A stretch of DNA of 64,000 nt from Rhizaria sp. SCN 62-66 (lineage: Eukaryota). Under the pieces are notes generated by a model. That model made no database searches. It saw only the letters and a list, made by a program, of their open reading frames with translations, and had not been told where the DNA came from. This document shows, in pieces, positions 1 to 10,400 of this stretch. The DNA lies in the NCBI GenBank assembly GCA_001724265.1, contig MEDY01000021.1, positions 1-64,000 of the forward strand. The letters run 5' to 3'. Numbering within the stretch: the first letter of the stretch is position 1; the number at the start of each line of letters is the position of its first letter. Position numbers and translations under genes: made by a program.

Positions 1-3000
1 GCCCCGGCGCGGCGCGCCATGGAGCGCGCGGCGGCGGCGCGCCAGTCTGCGACCTCAGCGGCGGCCCCGGCGGCGGCGCCTGCGTCCGCTGCGTGGCCGC
101 GCGCGAGCGCCAGGTCCGTGGCCATCGCGGCGCCCGCGGCGGCCAGCGCGGCGAGCGTGGCGGCGACCGCGGGCGGCGTCAGCGCACTAAGGCGGGCGAG
201 CGCGACGGGCACCGCGGCGGCGGCGGGGCCTGCGAGCGGGTACGCGCGCGCCGCGGCCGGGGCCAGCCACGCGCGGAGCCCGTCGCGCACGGCACAGAGA
301 TGCTGGTGCAGCGCGGCGGCTGTGCGCGCCTGCTCTTTGCGCGCGGCGGTTGCCTCGCGCGCCGCCGTCGCGGCCTCGGTGCGGGACGCGGTGAGTGCCG
401 TGTCCGAGATCTGCAGCAGCGCGCGGAGATGGGCGCACTCGGCGGCCGAGACGGCGGCGGACGCGGCAGCGGCGGACGCGTCTTCCGAGAGCAGCAGGAG
501 GTCTTGCGTGAGGCCAGCGCTCAAGTGCGTCGCGGCGAGCGCGCTGGCGGTGTTTACGTTGGCGCTACCCCAGCCCGAGCTTGAACTGTAGCTACCACTG
601 TTATGACTGTTGTTGACGCTGTCAGCAGTCGTGTTGCTGCTGCTGTCAAGAGCGCAGCGCCCGCCCGCCGCGTTCGCACACGCGCTGCTAGGGCTGGTGA
701 CGAGATCGAACGGGTTCGTCGAGAGGGGCTGTGCGGGACGCGGGTGCAGAGGCTGCAACCACGACCAGTCGCCCTCACCGAGCCCCATGTCGACGGCGCT
801 AGCACTCGCAGCAACAAGCGCCCTCTGCTGTTGCAGTGCCGCGGCCGCGGCCGCCGGGGTGGTGCTGGTGCTCAGCGCGGCAAGCGGTGCCAGCGATGAC
901 GAGGACGGTGACGACGAGATCGACGCGGAAGCATTCGCGCTACTGGCGTTGACGCTGCCACTGGCACTGCTGATGTCGTTGCAACTGAAGCTATTGTTGT
1001 TGTTGATATTGCGCGCCGTCGTAGGCGTCGCAGTTGCAGTGATAGTAAAACCAGCATCTGCGCCCGCGTCCTTGCTCTCGGTGTCGTTGGTCACCGCGGC
1101 AGTGGAGGCTGCGGCTGCTGGGGCCAAAGCAGGAGCGGGCACGGGCGGTAAGGGAGGCGAGATGCCGTCTAATGCAGCCAAACGACCGTGGGCGACGCCA
1201 GAGCGACTGTGAGAGCGACTATGCGCAGGGTCAGTGCCCGCGATGCTTGCGCTTGCGGACGAGACGGACAGCGAAGGATGGCTGTCGCCACTGTGATGGC
1301 CGCTCTTGCTCTTGCTGCTGGCGGAATCGATGCTCAAACGGCTGTTACTCTGAGCAGGCGTCGAGAGCAGCAGATCGTATCCGTTGTTCTTGGAGTCGTA
1401 ATCGTCGTCGTGGTTGCCTGTATCGCTGAGGTTGCTCTCGTCATCGCTGTCGCGATGACCACGTAGCTTCTTGCTGCCCCGCTGCTGCTGCTGCTGCTGC
1501 TGCTGCTTTGGGTGAGGCGACTGTGCCTCTGACTGACGCGAGCGAGATGTAGAGCTCATACGCCCGCGCTCCTGCTCCCGGTCGCGACCGCGTTCACGGT
1601 CACGGTCACTGTTATTCCTGCTCGTGGTGTTGTTATTGTTGTGGCTCAGGAAAGACGCTGACGATGACGACATAGGAGAGAACGGAGTCGGGGAAAACGG
1701 CAACAACGACAGAGGATTGCGAGACGGCGTGAACGTGAAGAATCCGCTCTCGTTGACAGTCATACCGCCGCTCACACCGCTTTGATGCGCACCCATAGAG
1801 TGGTGATTCACAGCGGCGCTACTGGCGCCACCGGCCGTCGCAGCGCTGATGCTGCTGATGACACCGGAGCCGCTGATGTCGACGCCAATGCCAGTTCCGG
1901 CAGCGGCGCCGACACCGGAACCAAAGCCAGAACTAGAGGCGTTGTTATCAACCCCAGCATTGGCATTCGCGTTGTTGTTCGGTGTTGCGTTGTCGGAGTT
2001 GGTTGGCGGCGCCGAAGGGTGTGAAATCGAGCTGATGCCAGACAGAGCGCTCGCGTTACCGTGCCGCATGGTAAACGCACCGGCAGCGTTGCCGTACGTA
2101 TTGCGCGGCACGCCGTAGGTGCTCACAGAGCCAGGGCTGCCGAGCAAGCTGTAGCTGTTCCCTGAGCGGTTCGCGCCGCCGCTCGTGCTGTTGCTGTTGC
2201 CGCTGTTGCTGCTGTCGCCGGTCGCGTGGAGGTGGATGTTCGTGGTCGTGTTGCTGCTGTAGACGTGATTGTTGGTGTTGGGATTCGCGTTAGGAGCTTT
2301 GAGGCCAAGAGCGCCAGCGCCGGCGAACGACTGGCTGTGAATCGCGGATGCCGCGGTCGATGCAACGGGCGCGGAGGCGGTTGCAGTCGGGGCAGGGCTG
2401 TGCTGATCTTGGTCGATCGTTGTTGTCGTTGTTGATGTCGTCGCGGTCGCCAGCGGCCGCGGCGGCGAGAACAAAGCGAGGCTAGATAGCGACTCGGTCT
2501 CCGAAAGCGGCTGCGTCTGTTGCAACTGCGAATGGTAGTGTGCGCCAGAGACAGTCGACGCAGAGGCTGGGCCCGCAGTGCCGTCGCTCTCAGAAGCTGC
2601 AACAGCGTCGCTCTCAGAGTTGAGGTTCGTGACGACCGGGACCGATGCGAGCAAGCCAGGGCTGGTGTACGTGCTCACAGCATCGCGGGCTGCAGCTGCT
2701 GGCGACTCAGGTGCGGCCGCGTGTCCGGCGGCGGCGGGGGACATGGGGACCGACACTGGCCCCGCTGCGAGCGTCGTGTCGCCGATGCGGCTCGCGTGCG
2801 ACCCACTTACGTTGATCCCGCCCGGGGTACTTACATTGTGCGCGACAGGAACGTCGGGCGTGCTCACGCGAGAGTAAGTGTTCGACTGAAACCAATTGAT
2901 TTGACTCGGACTCTGGCTCTGGCCCTGATTCTGATGGGTACTGCTGCTGCTGTTGCTGCGGTCATGGGACGCTCGCGAGTCAACAGCAGCGAGGATATTC

Positions 3001-4187
3001 CCACCAACAGTAATATCGGCAACACTACTCGAAGAGATGTTGTTGTGATTGCCGTCGTTGCTTGTCGCAGCGATCCTGCTGCTGTTGTTGATGTCAGAGT
3101 TGTCGGAAAACACTACGGCAGCGCGCGCCGCGGCCGCCTGGAACGACGCCGCGAGCGCATCCGCCCGCGACAACGACGGCGACGGCGCCGGCTGCTGTTG
3201 CGCCTGCTGCTGCGTCTGTTGCAGTTGTACGTTCTGTGCGTGCGAATGCGATCGCGTCCGCGACAGAGACGGCGACCGCGAGTGGTGCGAGTGCTCGCGG
3301 GCGTAGGCGGGCAGAGGCGGCGAGTGCAAGGGGGAGCCCAGCGGGGACATGAATCTGAGCGGGGAGCCAAGCCCCAGACCGAGGCCCACCGCCCCCGCAG
3401 CGACGCCGATGTCGCGGCTGCCTCGGCGGCTGCCGGTGATGTTGTTGGCTGCGCTGCTGCTGCTGCTGCTGTTTGCGGACGCCGGCTGGAAAGGAGACGA
3501 CAGAGCGAAGTTGTGCCCCGACGCGGCGCTTGCACTGCTCACGGCCTGCGCCTGCGTGTGTAGATGCGGCGACTGCGCCCGCGGCTGCTGCGCTGCAGTC
3601 GTGAACGCACCCGAGGGCGGCGAGATCGGTGCCAGCGGCAGCGGCAGCGGCAAGGGCGCGCCGGAGGGACGGAACGGAGAGCTCAACGAGCTAGAGGTGA
3701 AGCCAGCGGCTGCATCATCGCCCGCAGCCGCGGACGGGCCGTAACCGCTGGTGTTGTTCAGGCTGCCGCTCACGTTACTGTGAGCGTTGGCAGTGTTGTG
3801 GGCGCTGGTGTAGTCGAGCGGGGACTGGGGCAGGTACGACAACAGCGCGAGATCAGTCGCCGCAGCGGAGCCGTCAAGCGCAGCAGGCGTGCTGGTCCGC
3901 CCTCCCAGTGCTGCGCTGCCGACAGGCCCCGACGCCATGGCAGCAGAGGATGCGGATGTGGACGCGAATTGGGGGAGAGCGGATGTGGTGGAGGTGTTTG
4001 CAGCCCCGGTCAGAGGCGTCAGGAGATGCAGGGATGATGTCCCTGCGGAAGGCTGATAGGACGCGTTTGTGTCCGAAAGCTGGCGGAGGTAGCCTGGAGT
4101 AGCAGGAGGTGACGTGAAGGGGCTCTGGCGGCCCGTGCCAGGACTGCCGAGAGTGCCACCAGCCCGCGAAAAGGGCTCGTGGGCCAT
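1..4187 (-). CDS. Hypothetical Ser/Ala/Pro/Asn-rich protein with Ala-rich helical/coiled-coil region; runs off the window start (partial)
   Basis: ATG at 4187 reads MAHEPFSRAGGTLGSPG...; the same frame at the window start reads ...AAEVADWRAAAARSMARRAG. The track lists no minus-strand ORF terminating in this frame, so it stays open to the edge. The + strand ORFs here read as antisense shadows. Confidence 0.8.
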   Translation of the reverse strand, partial: MAHEPFSRAGGTLGSPGTGRQSPFTSPPATPGYLRQLSDTNASYQPSAGTSSLHLLTPLTGAANTSTTSALPQFASTSASSAAMASGPVGSAALGGRTSTPAALDGSAAATDLALLSYLPQSPLDYTSAHNTANAHSNVSGSLNNTSGYGPSAAAGDDAAAGFTSSSLSSPFRPSGAPLPLPLPLAPISPPSGAFTTAAQQPRAQSPHLHTQAQAVSSASAASGHNFALSSPFQPASANSSSSSSAANNITGSRRGSRDIGVAAGAVGLGLGLGSPLRFMSPLGSPLHSPPLPAYAREHSHHSRSPSLSRTRSHSHAQNVQLQQTQQQAQQQPAPSPSLSRADALAASFQAAAARAAVVFSDNSDINNSSRIAATSNDGNHNNISSSSVADITVGGNILAAVDSRASHDRSNSSSSTHQNQGQSQSPSQINWFQSNTYSRVSTPDVPVAHNVSTPGGINVSGSHASRIGDTTLAAGPVSVPMSPAAAGHAAAPESPAAAARDAVSTYTSPGLLASVPVVTNLNSESDAVAASESDGTAGPASASTVSGAHYHSQLQQTQPLSETESLSSLALFSPPRPLATATTSTTTTTIDQDQHSPAPTATASAPVASTAASAIHSQSFAGAGALGLKAPNANPNTNNHVYSSNTTTNIHLHATGDSSNSGNSNSTSGGANRSGNSYSLLGSPGSVSTYGVPRNTYGNAAGAFTMRHGNASALSGISSISHPSAPPTNSDNATPNNNANANAGVDNNASSSGFGSGVGAAAGTGIGVDISGSGVISSISAATAGGASSAAVNHHSMGAHQSGVSGGMTVNESGFFTFTPSRNPLSLLPFSPTPFSPMSSSSASFLSHNNNNTTSRNNSDRDRERGRDREQERGRMSSTSRSRQSEAQSPHPKQQQQQQQQRGSKKLRGHRDSDDESNLSDTGNHDDDYDSKNNGYDLLLSTPAQSNSRLSIDSASSKSKSGHHSGDSHPSLSVSSASASIAGTDPAHSRSHSRSGVAHGRLAALDGISPPLPPVPAPALAPAAAASTAAVTNDTESKDAGADAGFTITATATPTTARNINNNNSFSCNDISSASGSVNASSANASASISSSPSSSSLAPLAALSTSTTPAAAAAALQQQRALVAASASAVDMGLGEGDWSWLQPLHPRPAQPLSTNPFDLVTSPSSACANAAGGRCALDSSSNTTADSVNNSHNSGSYSSSSGWGSANVNTASALAATHLSAGLTQDLLLLSEDASAAAASAAVSAAECAHLRALLQISDTALTASRTEAATAAREATAARKEQARTAAALHQHLCAVRDGLRAWLAPAAARAYPLAGPAAAAVPVALARLSALTPPAVAATLAALAAAGAAMATDLALARGHAADAGAAAGAAAEVADWRAAAARSMARRAG

Positions 4188-4476
4188 GGTCTATAACAAC
4201 GGCGAAACAAGAATTGAGAGTATGAGTTTAAAATCATGAATATACGCAACAGTCTAAATTACGTGCAAAGTGGCCGCACTTTGATCGATGGTAAAGCCAT
4301 CGAGATATAGACCTGTTTTGTATTGGCGCCATCGAACCTCGGAGCGCGAGCGGTCGGTCGCCGAGTTCGAGCTTCGAGGGCGACGCTGTTGAATACGAAA
4401 TTTCAAGGTGGATATTGCACTGCAGCTCCGATATTTAAGGGATACAAGATTGGATTGAGCATTTAAACGCTTTGAA

Positions 4477-7400
4477 ATGAGTCGCCCCATTTCCCCCACC
4501 GATTTCAACGGTGCTGGGCCGACATTGGATGACATTTATGGCGTAACTAAGTTCACTTCCAACGCCTTCTTCGTACGTCCTTCAAGCTCTATCGCCCCAG
4601 CCATACCACGTCATTGAAGTGTTTTTATAACAACACCAGGCCGTATCTTCATGTAATTTTGCTCTAATCCGATTTGCAACTTTTGAATTTGCCTGTATCT
4701 TTAGTCCGAGCCAGGAACGGCTTTCCACGAAGTATCCGTTGCCCACCCTCCCCTTGCCTCCTTTGCCCCTGCACCCGCTGCAGCGCTAGAGCCACTCCCT
4801 CAGTTTACCACTCGCGATCCTCTGGGGATCGGCTTTGTCCATCAGCAATATCATCCCACCGCTGACGCTGACGCGCGTCCCCAAGGCCCCGCCGCTGCTG
4901 CTGCTCTGCGTGGCGCCGCCGCTGCGAACGAGGCTGACGCGGCGCCCGAGTACGACGACATCGACGACGACTTCGACGCCTCCTACGACTATAACGAAGG
5001 CGACGGCCGTTACGACGATGTCTACGACGGCAATATCGACGGTGCTTACGACAACGCCAGCAACGTCTACGAAAACAGCGACGCCGACAACAACAGAGAC
5101 CGCGTCCGCGACGACGACACAGGCTACGGCGAGCGCTACCAACAACAACACCAGCTACAGATGCAGCAGCAAGAGCTGCGGAGGCGCCGCCATTAGCAGC
5201 AGAGGCTGAGAGAGCGCAACACACACGCCACTACTGAGGACGAGGCCAAGCGCGCTGCGGCCCGGCTGGCTGAGCAGCTGCGCGACCATGACCGTGACCG
5301 TGAGCACGAGCACTACGACAACGACCTGGATCACTATAACCACGTTCTTGAGGCGAGTGACTACGGTGGCGGTGAGGTTGGCGGTTGGGAAGTGCCGCTG
5401 CACCGCCCTCAGCCCATCAGCGCGCGCGCTGCAGCTCACGGTCACTCCGGTGCTCACCCTGCTGCTACACACATCCCCGCTGCCAGCGCTGGCGCTGGCG
5501 CTGGTGCTGGTGCTGGCTCTGTGCCGGTGTGGGGCGACTGGGCCCACGCTCACGGCCGGTCCAGCGCCACCGCAGAGACTCTGTTCAGCCAAGCCTCGGC
5601 TGCGGCGGACGCGGAGGCGCGCTCCGTGCTCCGCCTGCTGTTCACGGTCGACAATAGCGAGGACAACACCGGCGAGAATGCCGACGCTGAGAGCGGGAGT
5701 GCGGCCGTGCTGTGGGGCGCGATGAGCGCGTGGCCCGAAGGCGACTTATTCAGCGCGGTGGCCGCTGCCGTTGCTCTGCTGACACAGTCACTCTCTCAGT
5801 CTAACTCACAGTCGCAGTTACAGCAAACTGAGCCCGACGTTGCGCATAGCAATGGCTCGTTTCTGACTCTGGCCGAAGTGACTTACCAGCTGTCAACATT
5901 CGCGTCAGCCCAAATTGCACACTCCACGCTTCTGCGCTTAGGCCGCGCCGCCGCCACAGCGTCGGGGCTTAACTTCCCGCACGGCAGTGCCGACGCCGCC
6001 GCCGCCGAGGGCCAGAGCGCCCTGCTCGCCGCGCTGGCGCCGTACCTCAGCCCGGGCCTCAAGCGGTCTCCGCCCGGCGTAGGGCGCGTGGCCGTGGGCC
6101 GCGAGGGCGCGGGCGCGCTGCGGCGCGCGCTGGCGTGGGCCGTGGCCGAGGAGCACCTCAGCAGCAGGGCGGCCGTGGCGCTGATGGCGGAGGCCACTGC
6201 GGCGGCGATGGGGGACCGCATGCGCGTCCGCGACTGGGCCGGGCACGGCGACGATTCTGACAGTGGCAGAGCTGATTAGGATGCTGCGCCTACCGTCAGA
6301 GCCCACGATGGTGATGTCCGTACTCCTGCAACAGCGCATGCAGGCGTCCCCACCGCGGTTGACGTAAGTGCGATGACTCACGACCAGTACTTGGAGTATG
6401 TTAGCGCAAGGATGACGAGCGTGACAAGCGCGATCAAAGGAGAAAGTGCCACGCCGACTGACGACGCGAATGACAACAATTCCGACCACATCTCTGTTGG
6501 TGGTACACCCCCGAGTTCGAGTTCCTTTACTCCCACGAAGAGTGGCACTGGTTTCAGCGCTTACGACCCGCAAAACATGCATTACCTGCCCGTCAACCCC
6601 GACGCTGCCGACGCCGCTGGCACGCAGCTGCCGCAGAAGTTCTCCCTGCTGCCGCAGCAAGGCGGCCTGACCGAGGCCCCCGCCTCGCCCGCGCGGCTGC
6701 CTTCTCTGACGCGCTACGCGACGCCGCCGCAGTCCGCGTCGCGCTCCCGCAGCGAGTACGACCAGTATGCCGCCGACATGGCCGCCGCGACGTTCGCGCA
6801 CGCGCGCATTGCCTTCGACGGCAGCGGCAACGAGTGCGTGCGCAGCCAGAGCAGCACGCCGAGCCGTCGCGCCCTGAGCCGCGCCGGCAGCAACAGCAGC
6901 TCCGCTCCACCGCACGACGGCACGCCGCACGACGGCACGCCGCACGACGGCGGCGCCGGGGGTGCTCAGCCGCACGGCTATTACCGTCAGCGCCGCCCAG
7001 TCATGCTCGATGGCTCACCGCAGCCTGAGGGCTCGCCCTCCGCTGCTGACGGCGTGGACTCTGCACAGGGCTCGTCGCGCGGGCTGGGGGCCGGGTCACC
7101 GTCGACGTCGTCGATGCCGCTCTCCCTTGCGGCCGCGTTTGCAGCCAAGGGCGCGAGCCGCTCTGGGCCGCCCAGCGCCTCTCCCAGCCCAACTGCCAGC
7201 GTCGCCGCCAGCGCGGGAAGCAAGGGTACCGGGTCCAGCGGGGCCACGGGTGCTGAGGCTGCGCTGAGCACTGGCACGGCTAATACTGGCACGCGTGACA
7301 AAGACGGTGAGAGCCAGCACTCGCAGGATGAGACGACGCAGCCACAGACAGGCAGAGATGCGCGGAAACACCGCAGTAAGAAGGCTGTGCAGCCACAGAG

Positions 7401-10400
7401 TCCACCGGATCAAGACCAGACGCGGCAGCTGCAGCAGCAATACCGGCAGCAGGGCCAGTTGCCGCCTTTGCGCAGCGATGGGCCCGCAAAGCCCGATGTG
7501 CTGGCCCCCGTGGCGTCGGTGCTCGCTGGGGCCGGGGTCGAGGCCGACGGCGGGTTTGCTTACCACCATGAAACCGACGACGATGATGACGAAGGCCACG
7601 ATGTGAGTAACATTGATGACAGCAACGTCAACACCAACACGATTTCTTCAACTCGCCACAAGCGCAGCAAGTCGTCTGTCGGTGACCAGCAATCTAAGCC
7701 GCAGCAAGATGCCGAACATACCCCATCTGGTTCGTTTCTGCTTCCTGCTTTGAGCTCTACCCAGTCAGCGTCACAGCAGTTATTGCCATTGCAACAACAA
7801 CATCAGTACCAAGCAGGCTGTGGCGATACTGGCTCCGTCAGTGGCCAAATGCGCGCTCTGCCCAGTGGCAACAGCGGCGGCGGCGGTCACACGCGCTCGC
7901 ACTCGTTCACAGTTCTCAACATCACCGACAGCGATATCAAGAACAACGGCGCTGACATCCACAGCAAGGCAAGCAGTCTTGCCGTGAGCACTCCGCCCGT
8001 TGCCGCTGTCCACTCCTCGGCCGCGATCGCGGCTGCTGCTGTTCCAGTCAGCGCCGTCGTGAGCAACACCGCGCCGTCGCCGACAACGCTGTCGGCGACG
8101 CCGCCGCCGCGCAGACTGCCGCCGCTGGGCGCGCTCACGCCCACGCCGCCGCGCACGCCGCCGCAGGAGGGCCGGTCGCCGCACCACTCGCTGTCCCAGT
8201 CGCAGTCGCGATCAACATCGCTGTCGCACCAGTCCAAGCTGCAGCCGCTGGGTCTCACGTCCGCAGTGGCTGATGCCGCGGCACAGGTGCGCACAACAAC
8301 GACGGCTGCGCTCGCGCAAATTGCAAACACTGCCAATTCGTCTCCCACGCAGAGTATGTATAACGACTGTAACAGTGCCTCTGCGGGTTTTATCGTCAGT
8401 GCGCCAATCATTGGCACTAAGCTCGCTCCTCCGACTGCCGTCGCGACAACGGAATCTCGTGTCACTGGCGCTGGGGTAAGCGCCGAGGCTGCCAACAGTA
8501 ATGTCCAGGTTGATGATGCACTAGCGTCCGCCAAGAACGATATGATTGTCACAACAAATGACAACAACAACGGTGCAGTCGCCAGTACTGAAACCCTCAC
8601 GCAAGCTGTCGCTGGATCTGCTGATGGCTCAGTCACACCTGCACGCAAGACCGCTGCTGTACATTCACCGAAAGCACTCAAACTCCCGCCTGCGCTGCTC
8701 ACGCCGCCTCAACCTCAGTCTCTGTCGCAGTCCCAGTCTCGGTCGCACTCGCGGTCGGCCTCGGTCACTCGGTGTGCAGTCGCTGCAGCGCTCGGCGCCA
8801 GCGGCTCCCCAACCGCGAACGCAACCGCAGTGGCTGCTGTGACGTCCATTGCAGTTTACCCTGCTGCGCGGCCGCCGCTGCCGGCTACGCCAAGCCGCGG
8901 CCGCCCCACGTCTCCGCCGCCGCTGGCGCAGGGACACTTGGCCGGTCAGCAGCTGCAACAACAACGCGCACTTAGCTCCAGCCGCACACCGAGCCCCAGC
9001 GCGAGGCTCCCGCCACTGCAGCAAACGCCGCCGCGATCCCAGTCCGGTTCCCAGCCGCAGTCGCAGACACCGTCGCGCGCTGCCTCGCAGTCGAGGTCGC
9101 AGACCCAGTCTCCAGTCAAAGCCTTTGCTGCTGACACTGGTTCGCCATCTACTCCTGGTAACGGCGTTTCTACTTCCGCTGGCCGTGCCAGACGTGGGCT
9201 GCTGGCGCGCACCGCTAGCGACTGTAGTCAGAGCTCAGGTTCGCAACCGGGCGAGGACAGCGCGCCCGGGACTCCGCGCAGCCGCGTGTCCCGCGCACAT
9301 GCGCTGCTGGACATGGAGAGGACGCGCATGCGCGATGGCCGCGCGGCCACTGTGGAGCGCGTGCGCATGCAGCGCAGGGCCAGGGACGGCGCTGAGGCGC
9401 TGGAGACAGAGTTGCACGCGTGGAGCGATGATCACGACCATCATAGCGGTGATTATAATTACGCTGAAAAGCCCTTCAAGCGCGACACTGTTGGCTACGA
9501 CGACGCTAAGACTGGTGCTGTTAGCGGTGCAGCTATGTTTGTCCTGTCTGACGACGACAGCGGGGCCGACGCCCCCGCAGCCCACACTGCCGACCGCAGT
9601 CGCCCGCGCGCCCCGAGCGCCACCCCCAGCGCGCCCAGCGTCGCCAGCAGCGTCGACAGCCAGGACAGCAAGGGCCCCCGCGCGCGCGCCATGGACGCCG
9701 CCGAGCGCGAGCGCAGACGCGCCCTGCGCAAGGACGTTGTTGACCGTGAGCGGCAGCGGCGCAACATGGAGCAGGGAGCTGTAGCCGCGGAACACGAGGG
9801 ACGCGTGTGGACCTCCGACCGCACTGCCGATATCAACACTACGAATGTTACTAATGTCGGCAACTCCACTGTTAACGCCGCGAACGGCAACCGGGTTCTT
9901 CTTGACGCAGTGATCCCCGCCAACATCACCGATGTGCAGAACGAGAAGCCCAGTACAATCGCTACCGGCCTCACGAAGCACGCCACCAGTAACGAGTTCA
10001 ACCTGAGCGCGAACGCGACCGGCGCTGTAGTCAGCGGCGGGTTCACTGCTGTTGTGCTCAACGGTGAAGTCGCGAACATCAGCGGCGACACCGGCGGCAA
10101 CAGCGGTGGCAGCGGCGGCAGTGGTGAGAATCATGGTAATGGGGGTGAGTTCGGTCGACGTGGCAGTCCCTCACAGTCTCCTGCTGATCCGACACCAAGT
10201 TGCAGCTCCGCGTCACCGTCAAAGCACTCTAACCAATCTGCGTCACCCTCACGCACGGCGACTGCTGAAGATGACGTCGATATTGACTCGCACACAGCAA
10301 AGATTGATAATGATGTAACGTCAAAGGCGAACGCTTCTCACAAGCATGCCAATTCTAACTCTGTAACTCATGCGGGCTTTCACATCGCTTCAAGTGTCGA

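Noticed and set aside
19-4102. Many long + strand ORFs (e.g. 19..591, 610..1212, 2520..3563)
   Set aside because: Antisense or alternate-frame shadows of the long minus-strand gene. High GC suppresses stops, and the same holds for most overlapping track ORFs window-wide.
5194-6279. The two TAGs as 3' splice acceptors
   Set aside because: Upstream sequence is GC-rich, stop-free and protein-like, with no pyrimidine/AT-rich tract like the 18 modelled introns. Disfavoured but not formally excluded without RNA-seq.
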